From assembly GCA_050250375.1 (NCBI GenBank), contig JBFWOS010000001.1:894361-958360 (forward strand): a DNA stretch of 64,000 nt, written 5' to 3'. This DNA is from Candidatus Omnitrophota bacterium (lineage in GTDB: Bacteria > Omnitrophota > Gorgyraeia > Zapsychrales > Zapsychraceae). The position numbers and the translations under genes are program-made. Shown piece after piece: positions 1 through 9,726 of this stretch. The first letter of the stretch is position 1; each line of letters starts with the position of its first letter. A model generated the notes under the pieces. It saw only the letters and a list, made by a program, of their open reading frames with translations. It made no database searches and was not told where the DNA came from.

Positions 1-395
1 GCTACTGACGGTGAAATATATTTTTTCCCCCTGGCCAGGGTTTTGACGGCCATAATGAACTGCTCATAAGCGTCGTCTTTCAGCAAATATCCGCTGGCCC
101 CGTTTCCCATCGCATGCTTAAAATGTTCATGGTCCTTCAGCATCGTCAGAACCAGGATCTGAATCTTTGGTTTTTGTTTCTTGATCTGCCTGATTGCGGC
201 CAATCCATCCAGATGCGGCATGGAAAGGTCTGTGACGACCACATCACATTTATGTTTTTTGACCAGCTCCAACAGACGCCTTCCATCGCTGGCTTCCGCG
301 ATGATTTCTATCTCGGGATCTTTCCCCAAAAGACTTTTCAGTCCTTCCCGGAATATTTCATGGTCGTCCGCCAGGATAATTTTATACAGCGCCAT
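1..395 (-). CDS. NarL/LuxR-family response regulator (runs off the left edge)
   Basis: Not in the ORF track. Manual translation from ATG 395: MALYKIILADDHEIFREGLKSLL...DVVVTDLSMPHLDG...GASGYLLK...GKKYISPSV, a NarL-type receiver. Overlaps the stop of the kinase. Confidence 0.9.
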   Translation of the reverse strand, partial: MALYKIILADDHEIFREGLKSLLGKDPEIEIIAEASDGRRLLELVKKHKCDVVVTDLSMPHLDGLAAIRQIKKQKPKIQILVLTMLKDHEHFKHAMGNGASGYLLKDDAYEQFIMAVKTLARGKKYISPSV

Positions 396-1458
396 CGTCC
401 CTCCTGATCGGCAAAGATACCATTATTTTTGTTCCCACGTTCTTTTTTGATTCAATCACGAGTTCCCCTTTCAGCAAAGATGCTCTTTCTCTCATGGTCG
501 ATAATCCCAGCCCCTCCATTTTCTGGCCGTCCGTATCAAATCCGCGCCCGTCATCAGCGATGGTTAACTGGAATCCGTCCTTGTTTTTTCGTAATTTGAT
601 CTCAACTTTCTTAGCCCCTGAGTGGCGGACTATATTATTTAAGGATTCTTGGACGATCCGGTAAAGATTGATACCGTCGGCATAATATCCCTGCGTCCCC
701 TGCTGGTTCAGTGAAAGTTTGATTTCAAGGCCATGGTATTTGCGGTAATCCTCCGTCAAGGCCTTAACCGCGGCCGGCAGCCCGAGGATCTGAAGGGTTG
801 CGGGACTTAAACCTGAAGACAACCGTCGCGTCTTCTCGATAACCGTATTTAAATAACCGATAATCTTGTCATACGATTTCTTAAATTCAATTTCATGCTG
901 GTCGAAGCCGGCCAGGGACGCCTGGATAATCATCTTCAGGGACGCCAGAGATTGTCCGAGGTCATCATGGATTTCCCGCGCGATATAGGCGCGTTCTCTT
1001 TCCTGGACCTGGATGATTTCCTGCGGAAGGGCCCTGATTTCAGCTTCCAGCCCCTTTAAGCGGGAGATGTCGTGCCGGATGGCAACATACTGGTATGGTT
1101 TACTGTCCGCGTCAAGAAACGGTACGATCGTCGTGTCCACCCAATAAAAACTTCCGTCCTTGGCTTTGTTTCGGATTTCTCCCTGCCAGACCGAACCGGA
1201 CGAGATCGTTTTCCATAAATCCTTAAAAAAATCCCGGGAATGATAACCGGAATTTATGATACGGTGATTCTTCCCGATCAGTTCCTGTCTTGAAAATTTG
1301 GATATTTCACAAAATTTATCATTAACTTCCGTGATCGTTCCTTTTTTGTCGGTGATGGCCACAATGGTGGATTGATCCAGGGCAAATTTAATATCGGTTA
1401 ACGACTTGGCCAGTGTTTGCTCAGTCTTTGAATAGTTTTCATGAATCGGCTGGGTCAT
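382..1458 (-). CDS. PAS sensor histidine kinase, HisKA_3 (NarX/UhpB type)
   Basis: PAS/PAC (ITDKKGTITEVNDKFCEIS...NKAKDGSFYWVDTTIVP), H-box IAREIHDDLGQ, YRIVQESLNN, DDGRGF, GLGL. Confidence 0.93.
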   Translation of the reverse strand: MTQPIHENYSKTEQTLAKSLTDIKFALDQSTIVAITDKKGTITEVNDKFCEISKFSRQELIGKNHRIINSGYHSRDFFKDLWKTISSGSVWQGEIRNKAKDGSFYWVDTTIVPFLDADSKPYQYVAIRHDISRLKGLEAEIRALPQEIIQVQERERAYIAREIHDDLGQSLASLKMIIQASLAGFDQHEIEFKKSYDKIIGYLNTVIEKTRRLSSGLSPATLQILGLPAAVKALTEDYRKYHGLEIKLSLNQQGTQGYYADGINLYRIVQESLNNIVRHSGAKKVEIKLRKNKDGFQLTIADDGRGFDTDGQKMEGLGLSTMRERASLLKGELVIESKKNVGTKIMVSLPIRRDDGAV

Positions 1459-1561
1459 AAGGACAAACCTTTATCTCCAAAAATTTTTCAATAGTATCAT
1501 ACCATTTTTACCTTAAACCATAGAGCCATTTCTCAATGATTTTCGTGTTTCCATGGAATGT

Positions 1562-1999
1562 TCAGACAAAACTGTCCATACATCCCTTAATCTTCTTGAT
1601 CTGCCCCATCTTCATTTGCAACGCCATATCCAGGACCTCTTTTGACCGGTCAAACGTTACAATATCCCGCAAATTTTGATAGATCTTGAGCAACTCTTCT
1701 TCATAATCAAATATCTTTTCAAAAAAAGTTTTTGCGGTTACCGGTCCGTTGAGATCAATTCCGTGGACAATATTTTTGTATTCGGGCAGGTTCTTGTGAT
1801 ACTCCAGCTTTTCGTGATGGTTTTGGCTCACCTGGTCCAGGAACTTGATCATCTTCTCCTGATCAGAACTCAACAGAGTAACGGCTTGAACAGCCTCTTC
1901 CTCGGCCAACCGGCTCTTTATTTTCTTATAAAACTTCTGAAGATCTTTTTCCCAGGCCGTTATCATATCAATAATCTGATCCAAACTGTATACCGCCAT
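1562..1999 (-). CDS. Ferritin-like four-helix-bundle protein with degenerate metal ligands
   Basis: Two rubrerythrin-like halves (AWEKDLQKFY / DYEEELLKIY); no ExxH motifs; SD upstream. Confidence 0.5.
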   Translation of the reverse strand: MAVYSLDQIIDMITAWEKDLQKFYKKIKSRLAEEEAVQAVTLLSSDQEKMIKFLDQVSQNHHEKLEYHKNLPEYKNIVHGIDLNGPVTAKTFFEKIFDYEEELLKIYQNLRDIVTFDRSKEVLDMALQMKMGQIKKIKGCMDSFV

Positions 2000-2221
2000 A
2001 CCTGTCTCCTTTCCTCAAAAATTAAGTTTGCCTTTCCTTAATTATATAATGACTTTCCCGGTTCAACATCAGGCCATCTACGACGAAAATTACGTATAAA
2101 TACTGATCGGGTTAACCCTTTCTATTCGTCAATGGAGCAGATTAATTTTATGAACTGAACGTTTTTGATGGAAACTGTTTTGGCAGGGATTGTTGGTTCA
2201 CAGGCGGATAAGGAAGAAAGG

Positions 2222-3601
2222 CTAAAGCTTCTTGAATATTTCTTTAATTTTTTCACTTTCCCTGGCATGGTCAACCATCGGCGGCGGATAGTTTGGAGCA
2301 AAAAGCGACCCTGCGCCTCCGCTCCATTGATGAATTTCCTGAGGGGTTAAATCTTTTAATTCGGGGATCCATTTCTTGATATATTTACATTCCGGATCAA
2401 ACCGTTCCTGCTGCCGCCAGGGATTAAAGACCCGGAAATACGGCTGAACATCGCAGCCGGTCGAAGCCACCCATTGCCAGTTGCCGTTGTTGACAAACGG
2501 ATCATAATCAATCAGCTTTTGGGCGAAATACTTCTCTCCCCAGCGCCAATCGATCTGAAGGTCTTTGACCAAAAGCGAGGCCGTGACCATCCGCACCCGA
2601 TTGTGCATAAAACCGGTTGTGTTCAACTCACGCATCCCGGCGTCAACGATTGGAAACCCGGTCCGGCCTTCACACCAGGCCTTAAAATCAGCCTCGTCCT
2701 GACGCCATTTGATTCTGTTATATTTCTCGTGAAACGCGTTTCCCAAAACTTCCGGGTAATGGTACCCCACATGCACAAAAAAATCCCGCCAATACAACTG
2801 CTTAATCAGGGTGTGGATCTTTCCCAGTTTTTCACAAACGGCGTAATAGACCTCACGGATCGATAATGTCCCGAATTTATGGTGGGCGGACAGTCCTGTT
2901 GTTCCCGGGATTGACGGGATGTCGCGTTCGGTGTCATAATTTTTATACCGGGCGATTTCCTTAAGAATTTTCAAACCGTTATTCCGTCCTCCATGAATAA
3001 ATATATTCTCGTTTTCTACCGGCAATACTTTTGAAAATATGTCGTCCCCGGCCTCTTCCGCAACAGGTTTGGTGTAATAATTGGTGTACAGATTATCTAC
3101 GGGTTTCCTGACCTCATTATCCATAGACTTATTCTTGAAAGGGGTATAGACACTGTAAACACCCCCGTCATCCCGCAGGACGTCATAAGGTTCATTCAGC
3201 AGATAATCCGGATAGTCTTTAAAAACGATATGATTTGTTTCACATTCATTCTTGATATTCAAATCACGATGGATGCTGTAAGGAGTGTAATCGTGATTAA
3301 CAAATACCGCGTCGATTCCATGCTCTTTGATTAAAGCCCGTATAATGGCTTTCGTGTTTCCATAAAATAAATACAGCCGGCCTGCTTTCTCTTTTAATTG
3401 GTCATCGAGGTCTGTCAATGATTCAACCATAAATTGAACACAATTTTCACCACGGAAAGGGTTGTTTTCCAGCTGTTGACTGTCAAAAATAAAACTGGGG
3501 AGGACTTCTTCAGATATCTTTAGGGCTTCGATTAAACCGGTGTTGTCGTGTAACCGTAAATCCCTCCGGAATATAAACAATGACTTCTTAAATTGTTTCA
3601 T
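2222..3601 (-). CDS. phrB: Deoxyribodipyrimidine (CPD) photolyase
   Basis: FRRDLRLHDNTGL, GRTGFPIVDAGMREL, GFMHNRVRM, NNGNWQW, QPYFRVFNP. Confidence 0.95.
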   Translation of the reverse strand: MKQFKKSLFIFRRDLRLHDNTGLIEALKISEEVLPSFIFDSQQLENNPFRGENCVQFMVESLTDLDDQLKEKAGRLYLFYGNTKAIIRALIKEHGIDAVFVNHDYTPYSIHRDLNIKNECETNHIVFKDYPDYLLNEPYDVLRDDGGVYSVYTPFKNKSMDNEVRKPVDNLYTNYYTKPVAEEAGDDIFSKVLPVENENIFIHGGRNNGLKILKEIARYKNYDTERDIPSIPGTTGLSAHHKFGTLSIREVYYAVCEKLGKIHTLIKQLYWRDFFVHVGYHYPEVLGNAFHEKYNRIKWRQDEADFKAWCEGRTGFPIVDAGMRELNTTGFMHNRVRMVTASLLVKDLQIDWRWGEKYFAQKLIDYDPFVNNGNWQWVASTGCDVQPYFRVFNPWRQQERFDPECKYIKKWIPELKDLTPQEIHQWSGGAGSLFAPNYPPPMVDHARESEKIKEIFKKL

Positions 3602-3648
3602 ATAGATTCCTGATATCCGTTCGCTTCCGGAAGCCGTGCGAAAATCTT

Positions 3649-4920
3649 TCAGATTTCACAGCCGTATTCATCAAGAGATTGTGCAGAATTTTTCGTTTGG
3701 CGTCTATACTTGGAATGGGCCCGGGTAAAGTGTCCGGCCGCCATGGCTGCGGCAATTGAAATTTCCCCTGCCATTGCGACGACCGCGAAAATCTCGGCCA
3801 GCTTCCTGGCCTTATCCTGGCCGTAACACCCCATTAATTCCAGACATTCTTTTTGCGTCGGAAGATGTGTTCCGCCTCCGACCGTACCCACGATCATATT
3901 GGGCATGGATATGCTGACATATAAATCTCCTGTATCCGTCAGTTCTGCACGAGATGTTCCGATCGATGATTCAGCCACACACGCCACGTCCTGCCCGCAG
4001 GCCAGATAAAGCGCGGCCAGGGCGTTGGCAAAATGACCGTTGACTCCGATAGAGCCGCTCTGAATCCCGCCCTGCATGGCCATGAGTGAATATTGGACGA
4101 TATCCCGGGGAGTCACGTGCAGATACTTCTTCACAATTGATTTCTTAATACGCGCTTCAGCTAAAACTTTTTTCCCCCGTCCGGTCAAATGAGACAATGC
4201 CGTGGCTTTCTTGTCTCCGGACATATTCCCGTCGATGTACCATTTCCTGGGCTTGACCGGAGAATTGTCCAGGATGAATTGGCAGACTGCCTCCGTCGCG
4301 ATCGTGATCATATTTTGACCGGCCGCGTCACCGGTAAAATAATGAAAACTGATGAATACATAATTGCCTTCATGGGTTGACTGGATGTCCTGCAGACGGC
4401 CGTACCGGGTCATTGTGCCGACAATCTTCTTGAATGTCTCAAAATTTTCCGAACACCAGGCGATAAAACGGCTGGATTCCACGAGATCGTTAAAAATAAA
4501 ACCAGGAGACCGGGAAATGGAATCGCTGATACACATGACCGTCGCCCCTCCGCTCAGGCTGATCACTTTTGCCCCCCGGTTATAAGACGCGATTAAGGCC
4601 CCTTCCGTGGTCGCCATCGGTACATAAAAATCATTGTTAGCGTAGACCCCGTTTACGCGCAACGGACCGATGATCCCAACAGGAATTTGAAGGAGCCCGA
4701 TGAAGTTCTCAATATTCCCTTCATAGAGGGACGGATTATAGTTGTCGACCTTGCCCGATAAATTCGGCAACTTCTGTTTATCCTTAATCATTGATTTGTC
4801 TTTGGAGAGAGGAAATTCTTCAACCGGTTTTTCACCCAGACGTCCCGATACCCGGTCCAAAACTTCGGTGTCGATTACCGTGTTGATCAAGGTTTTGAAA
4901 TGAGGGTTCGGTGTTGGCAT
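3649..4920 (-). CDS. hmgA: HMG-CoA reductase, class I (NADPH type)
   Basis: ENFIG, PMATTEGALIAS, TGDAAGQNM, GNMSGDKK, CGQDVACVAES, VGTVGGGT, C-terminal His (RAH). Confidence 0.92.
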   Translation of the reverse strand: MPTPNPHFKTLINTVIDTEVLDRVSGRLGEKPVEEFPLSKDKSMIKDKQKLPNLSGKVDNYNPSLYEGNIENFIGLLQIPVGIIGPLRVNGVYANNDFYVPMATTEGALIASYNRGAKVISLSGGATVMCISDSISRSPGFIFNDLVESSRFIAWCSENFETFKKIVGTMTRYGRLQDIQSTHEGNYVFISFHYFTGDAAGQNMITIATEAVCQFILDNSPVKPRKWYIDGNMSGDKKATALSHLTGRGKKVLAEARIKKSIVKKYLHVTPRDIVQYSLMAMQGGIQSGSIGVNGHFANALAALYLACGQDVACVAESSIGTSRAELTDTGDLYVSISMPNMIVGTVGGGTHLPTQKECLELMGCYGQDKARKLAEIFAVVAMAGEISIAAAMAAGHFTRAHSKYRRQTKNSAQSLDEYGCEI

Positions 4921-4971
4921 ACGATTGATTCCGGCTTGTACGAAATAAACATATACTGATTTAAAAAACTT

Positions 4972-5796
4972 TCAGGTAATTTTTATTTTCCCGGGATTCC
5001 AGGTCGGGACCGGATACTTTAATTTTAGCTGTTTCATCCGGTTAACGATGACTTCGGAAATAATTAAATTGCGGTACCATTTTCCGTTCGCAGGAATGAC
5101 ATACCAGGGGGCGTGCGGACGGCTGGTCTTGGACAAAAGGGTTTCATAGGCCGCCTGATAATCCCCCCAGAATTTCCGTTCTTTCAGATCATCCGGATTG
5201 AACTTCCAGTGTTTTCGCGGGTTATCCACCCGTTCCTGAAGACGATTCTTTTGTTCTTCTTTGCTGATATGCAAATAAAATTTTAAAATGACCATACCTT
5301 CATCCGCCAGCATTTTCTCAAACTGAACAATATGATCATACCGTTTCTTGATTATATCGGCGGATACCAGTTTATGGACCCGGGGGACCAGCACATCTTC
5401 ATAATGACTGCGATTGAAAACGACAATCTTTCCCTTTTCCGGTAATTCCCGGTGGATGCGCCATAAATAATCATGGCTCAATTCACCTTCCGTCGGTTTT
5501 TTGAAAGAAGCCACGCGGACACCCTGGGGATTGACCCCTTCAAAAATATTGCGGATCGTCCCGTCTTTTCCACCGGTATCCAGCGCCTGAAATACAATCA
5601 GTAATTGGAATCGTCCATCCACGTAAAACATATTTTGAAGTTCGATCAACTGGTTTCTCAGGTCTTCGAATTTCTTGATGCCCTGGTCCTTATCCCCTTT
5701 AAAGCAGGCCCGGTCGTCAGGGTCAAAACGGGACAAGTTGATTCGTTTCTGACTTTTTATTAGATACTGGTTCATCATATTTTTTTGACTTATCAT
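4972..5796 (-). CDS. ppk2: Polyphosphate kinase 2 (class III-like)
   Basis: QALDTGGKDGTI, VNPQG, FKKP, HDYLWR, FNRSHYEDVLV, KHWKFNPDD. Confidence 0.95.
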   Translation of the reverse strand: MISQKNMMNQYLIKSQKRINLSRFDPDDRACFKGDKDQGIKKFEDLRNQLIELQNMFYVDGRFQLLIVFQALDTGGKDGTIRNIFEGVNPQGVRVASFKKPTEGELSHDYLWRIHRELPEKGKIVVFNRSHYEDVLVPRVHKLVSADIIKKRYDHIVQFEKMLADEGMVILKFYLHISKEEQKNRLQERVDNPRKHWKFNPDDLKERKFWGDYQAAYETLLSKTSRPHAPWYVIPANGKWYRNLIISEVIVNRMKQLKLKYPVPTWNPGKIKIT

Positions 5797-5819
5797 TTTT
5801 TAACAACTAATCCAGTTGA

Positions 5820-6806
5820 TTAATTATTAAAAATGGATTTTAACCCGCCGCCCAATGCCTTTTTTAATCCATCACGGGTCGTATCCCGGATAGCATCTTC
5901 AACCGCGGCATCTGTTTCTTCTTTGATGATGCTGCCTGCCCGATCTGAAATATCTTCGGAATCAGCCGGAAGCGAAGCTGATTTCTTATACTTTTGAGCA
6001 TTCTGAGTTTTTTGGAGGGCATCGTTATATTGCGGATTATTTTGCAATTCCTGCATTTGTTTCATCGCATCCATAAATTCCGGATCATTTTGCAATTCCT
6101 GCATCTGTTTCATGGCCTCCTGAACTTCCGGATCATTTTGCATTTCCAGCATCTGTCCCCGGGCCGCCTGCAATTCCTCGGATGTCGGCATATCCTCAAC
6201 ATCCCCCTCTACGATCTGCGCCCCGGCCGGAAGGGTAAGTTTGGCCAGATCTACCCTGGTATTTTCTTTGAATTCAACCGCCTTAGACGTAAAACTCATT
6301 CCCATCATATTGACCTCTGACTTTAGAGGAACACCTTTATAAACCCACACTTTAAAGTCACCAAAATTCTTTAAATGATAAATGTCCGTATTCTTATTCA
6401 AGACATTTTCTGAACCGATTTTGACTCCGCCGAACGACTTGATCATCTCTTCACTAAAATCTTTTGGCTGCTGGGATTTATTCCCCGTCATTCGCTGCAT
6501 TAATTCTGCCTGATTGTACCGGGTAGCAATATTCGTTGCCGGATCGTAATGGTACGACCATTCTCCATCGATATAATCGACATTCCGGGATGCCTGCGTC
6601 ATACCAAAAACCGTAACGGAATGATCCGTGTATCGGGCTTCTTTTTCCCCATAACTATCCCAGAACAACTCTTCGGTCCCGTTATTGCTTTCATACTTTA
6701 TGTACCCCGACTTTATATCGTAACGCTTGGTGCTTGCCTGAGCCGTAACCGTTGATAGTACCATTAGAGGCAAAACGGCGATGATTATTTTCTTTAAACA
6801 GTTCAT
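5820..6806 (-). CDS. Secreted hypothetical protein with STI1-like repeats
   Basis: Signal peptide (AQA|S), beta-rich N-domain, three 16-aa MKQMQELQNDPE-type repeats. Confidence 0.7.
   Translation of the reverse strand: MNCLKKIIIAVLPLMVLSTVTAQASTKRYDIKSGYIKYESNNGTEELFWDSYGEKEARYTDHSVTVFGMTQASRNVDYIDGEWSYHYDPATNIATRYNQAELMQRMTGNKSQQPKDFSEEMIKSFGGVKIGSENVLNKNTDIYHLKNFGDFKVWVYKGVPLKSEVNMMGMSFTSKAVEFKENTRVDLAKLTLPAGAQIVEGDVEDMPTSEELQAARGQMLEMQNDPEVQEAMKQMQELQNDPEFMDAMKQMQELQNNPQYNDALQKTQNAQKYKKSASLPADSEDISDRAGSIIKEETDAAVEDAIRDTTRDGLKKALGGGLKSIFNN
6020..6156. repeat. Intragenic tandem repeat, about 3 x 48 bp
   Basis: Recurring ggat(c/t)attttgca(a/t)ttcc(t/a)gcat(c/t)tgt at 48-bp period. Confidence 0.8.
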
Positions 6807-6893
6807 GAGTTATCCTTTCATAATGATTATTAATATAATTAGCCAATATTTACCCATAAATAAAAATGTCATTAATTTTACACATCAATTTTT

Positions 6894-7322
6894 TCAACAG
6901 CCGCCTTTTGAATCATGCGACGGGGTACAGCTCGGGCATGAATTATCCAGACAATGCGCCGCTACACCTTCATGGAAGTGAAGACTCCAGTCGTACAACG
7001 GTGATTTTGTCTCACAACGAAATGAAGTCCAGTCAAACCATCCGAAACACTGATAACCAAATACGTCATCCTTGATGGATAGCCCCAGTTTCGTATTAAC
7101 TTCCTCAGTCGTTCGCCATATTTCGCCATATTTTGGATAACTCCCGTTTTTTTGCTTGTATTTCTCCATGGCCAATTCGATAAGCCGCAAATTCCTCACC
7201 ACCCGCCTCTCATGATAAAACTGAATGGTTCTCAAATATCCGAAAAATATGACCGCAACCATGATCAACATAACCAGCACACGCAATATTCGTTTTAACA
7301 GAAAGCCCTCTTTAAAAAACAT
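6894..7322 (-). CDS. Pilin-like Cys-rich small membrane protein (paralog 1)
   Basis: N-terminal TM, LRLIELAMEKYKQKNGSYP helix, shared motif SFRCExKSPLYDWxLH. Confidence 0.6.
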   Translation of the reverse strand: MFFKEGFLLKRILRVLVMLIMVAVIFFGYLRTIQFYHERRVVRNLRLIELAMEKYKQKNGSYPKYGEIWRTTEEVNTKLGLSIKDDVFGYQCFGWFDWTSFRCETKSPLYDWSLHFHEGVAAHCLDNSCPSCTPSHDSKGGC

Positions 7323-7329
7323 ATTTTAA

Positions 7330-7764
7330 TCACCTGCAGCCTTTTCTGGATTTTGGAAAACTAACACAGCTTGGGCAAAAATCGTCAATCGACGGTTGAT
7401 TACTGGCGCAGTGAACTGGTTTACCTTCATGCGCATGCAGTTTCCAGTCGTACAATGGAGACTTAGCTTCACACCGGAACGAAGCCCAGCCGGCATACCC
7501 CATACATTGATAATTGAATGTGTTGTCCTTAATCTTTGTCGCTAGATGATAATTCACGGAATCCGTATTGGCCCAAAGGAGTCCCTGGGCCGGGAAAAAA
7601 ATTATTTTTTTCCTGTATTCCTTCATTGCGGTTTCGAGGATGGTTAGCTGCCGAAATGCCTTTTGTTCATGATAATACTCTCTTATCTTTGTAAAACCAA
7701 AATAAATAATTACTGACAGAAGTAAAGCGCACCCGATACGGATTATCCGTATTTTAATTGTCAT
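7330..7764 (-). CDS. Pilin-like Cys-rich small membrane protein (paralog 2)
   Basis: Same architecture and conserved Cys pattern as 6894-7322. Confidence 0.6.
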   Translation of the reverse strand: MTIKIRIIRIGCALLLSVIIYFGFTKIREYYHEQKAFRQLTILETAMKEYRKKIIFFPAQGLLWANTDSVNYHLATKIKDNTFNYQCMGYAGWASFRCEAKSPLYDWKLHAHEGKPVHCASNQPSIDDFCPSCVSFPKSRKGCR

Positions 7765-7843
7765 TATTCAAATGCTCCCGATATTTTCTAATGTGAACCT
7801 GGGATATTCTACAACGATACGCATCCAAATTGGAAAAATATTA

Positions 7844-8572
7844 TTAAGGACAGGCGCGGTTTTCCTTTTGACGAAAAGGCTGCCAATATTCCCGGGCGAA
7901 CTGTTCGGTGTCTTGTCCGATTAAATTTCTCCACCACATCCTGATATCAAAGGCCAATACCCGATAAATTCCACCACTCAAGAAGCGCCGGGCTGATGTC
8001 ACCATGGGTTTTTTGACCAAATATAACCGCCCTACCTTAGAAAGGGCCACGCAAAAATCTGAAGTCTCCATCAATCCAACGTCAGGATAACCTCCGATTT
8101 TAAAAAAGTCTTCCCTCCGAACAAATACTCCCTGATCTCCATAATACCTGGGCCAAATGCGATAACGAATCCGGTTGATGCATTCGACAACCCTGAGGCC
8201 GAATTGCGGTCCATCCAACTTAAACTCGAAAGCTCCTCCAGCGATGCCTTTCTTTGACAATGCTGTAATTATATCCTGATCAAAACCTTCCGGAACTTTG
8301 GAATCCGCATCAAGAAATAGAAATACTTGCCCTTGCGCTATCTTCGCAGCTTTATTCAACAAATAAGACCGTCCCGGAGGAGCTTCAGGGGAGTATATCG
8401 TCGTCACACCAGACCTCTTGGCAATTTCAAGCGTTCCGTCAACCGAACCTCCGTCAGCGACAATGATCTCTTTTAGAATCGAGGTCGTCCCGCACAAACT
8501 GATATTTTTTAGTAAAGCTTCCAAATTTGCAACTTCGTTTAATGCAGGAATGATAATAGATATTTCGGTCAC
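7844..8572 (-). CDS. Glycosyltransferase family 2 (TIGR04283-like)
   Basis: ISIIIPALNE, ADGGSVDGT, LFLDADS, YGDQGVFVRR, TSARRF. Confidence 0.88.
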   Translation of the reverse strand: MTEISIIIPALNEVANLEALLKNISLCGTTSILKEIIVADGGSVDGTLEIAKRSGVTTIYSPEAPPGRSYLLNKAAKIAQGQVFLFLDADSKVPEGFDQDIITALSKKGIAGGAFEFKLDGPQFGLRVVECINRIRYRIWPRYYGDQGVFVRREDFFKIGGYPDVGLMETSDFCVALSKVGRLYLVKKPMVTSARRFLSGGIYRVLAFDIRMWWRNLIGQDTEQFAREYWQPFRQKENRACP

Positions 8573-8695
8573 CTTATTTTCCGATCTATTCTTCTGTGGA
8601 GGTTATACGACAGGAATCTATGCGTCATACCAGTATTTCTGGCAAGAGTTGAAGAAAGCCATCACAATTGACTTAATAAAAAACACATATTAATT

Positions 8696-9436
8696 TTATT
8701 GATACAATTTATCAGGAAATATTTCTTCAATTAATTGGAATAATTCCGGATCGCCTTGTTTTAAAGTCTCACGGCTATTGAATGCGAATCCGCCTTCTTT
8801 AACCGTCTGCTGTTTATCCCACATATTATAATAGACTTCTAATCCGATCCCCAAGTAGGATACTTCCCAATATTTTCTCGGCTGCTCCGGATCAACCAAA
8901 TACGGATTAAACGTCCCTGCCGTAATCGCCCGGGACATCGATTTTCGTAGACGGCTTGACCAGCTTGGAAAGGCCTTATATATCCCGTATTGATAAACCA
9001 AATTAAGCATTTCTTCAATAGTGACATCTTTAACTCCCAACCTCTCCGCTTCGGTTCCCAATGGAATTATTTCCACAATCAAAAATTCCTGCATCGGACA
9101 ATTCTTTAAAATCCGTCCATAGTCCCTATACAATTCATCCAGGTCATCCCCATCTTCCATCAGAATGACCGTTGGGTTAGCTTTGACAATTTCTTGTCGG
9201 ATTTTGCCACCTCCCTTATCATCCCTGACCAAAAGACGATTATAAATATATTTAATATGATTTATAAAATTTTGTTCAGCTTCCGGGACAGCATACAGCA
9301 TAATGTCACCTAAACTCTCTTTTTTCTCAAACAATTCATTAATTTCAGGAGGCGGGCATTCGGCCCGAAGGTTTCGGGCAAAAAAAACAAAAGATATAAA
9401 TAAAAAGCATCCAAATATAGACGATAATTTCTTCAT
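8696..9436 (-). CDS. Secreted hypothetical protein, probable inactive zincin-like fold
   Basis: Signal peptide; EEMLNLVYQYG and SRETLKQGDPELFQLIEEIF segments. Confidence 0.5.
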   Translation of the reverse strand: MKKLSSIFGCFLFISFVFFARNLRAECPPPEINELFEKKESLGDIMLYAVPEAEQNFINHIKYIYNRLLVRDDKGGGKIRQEIVKANPTVILMEDGDDLDELYRDYGRILKNCPMQEFLIVEIIPLGTEAERLGVKDVTIEEMLNLVYQYGIYKAFPSWSSRLRKSMSRAITAGTFNPYLVDPEQPRKYWEVSYLGIGLEVYYNMWDKQQTVKEGGFAFNSRETLKQGDPELFQLIEEIFPDKLYQ

Positions 9437-9726
9437 AATTACACCTCTTAAAGGATTGATCAGATTTTTTTAATTATATCACAATCTATTTTATTTACAA
9501 AAACGGATAAATTTATCTCTGATCACTTTCGCAAACTATTTGATTTATTCAATAAATTTGATAACATTCTTATAGTTCATTGAATTATGACTGCGTTGGC
9601 TCTGCCATATATCAACTGCCCAGTAGATCGTTTATTTTTACCTTGGAAATTTTAAATCAAATAAGTTTTATTTTATAATAAAATTACTTATAATACGTAA
9701 AACATAGTTATAATATTCTTATTCTA

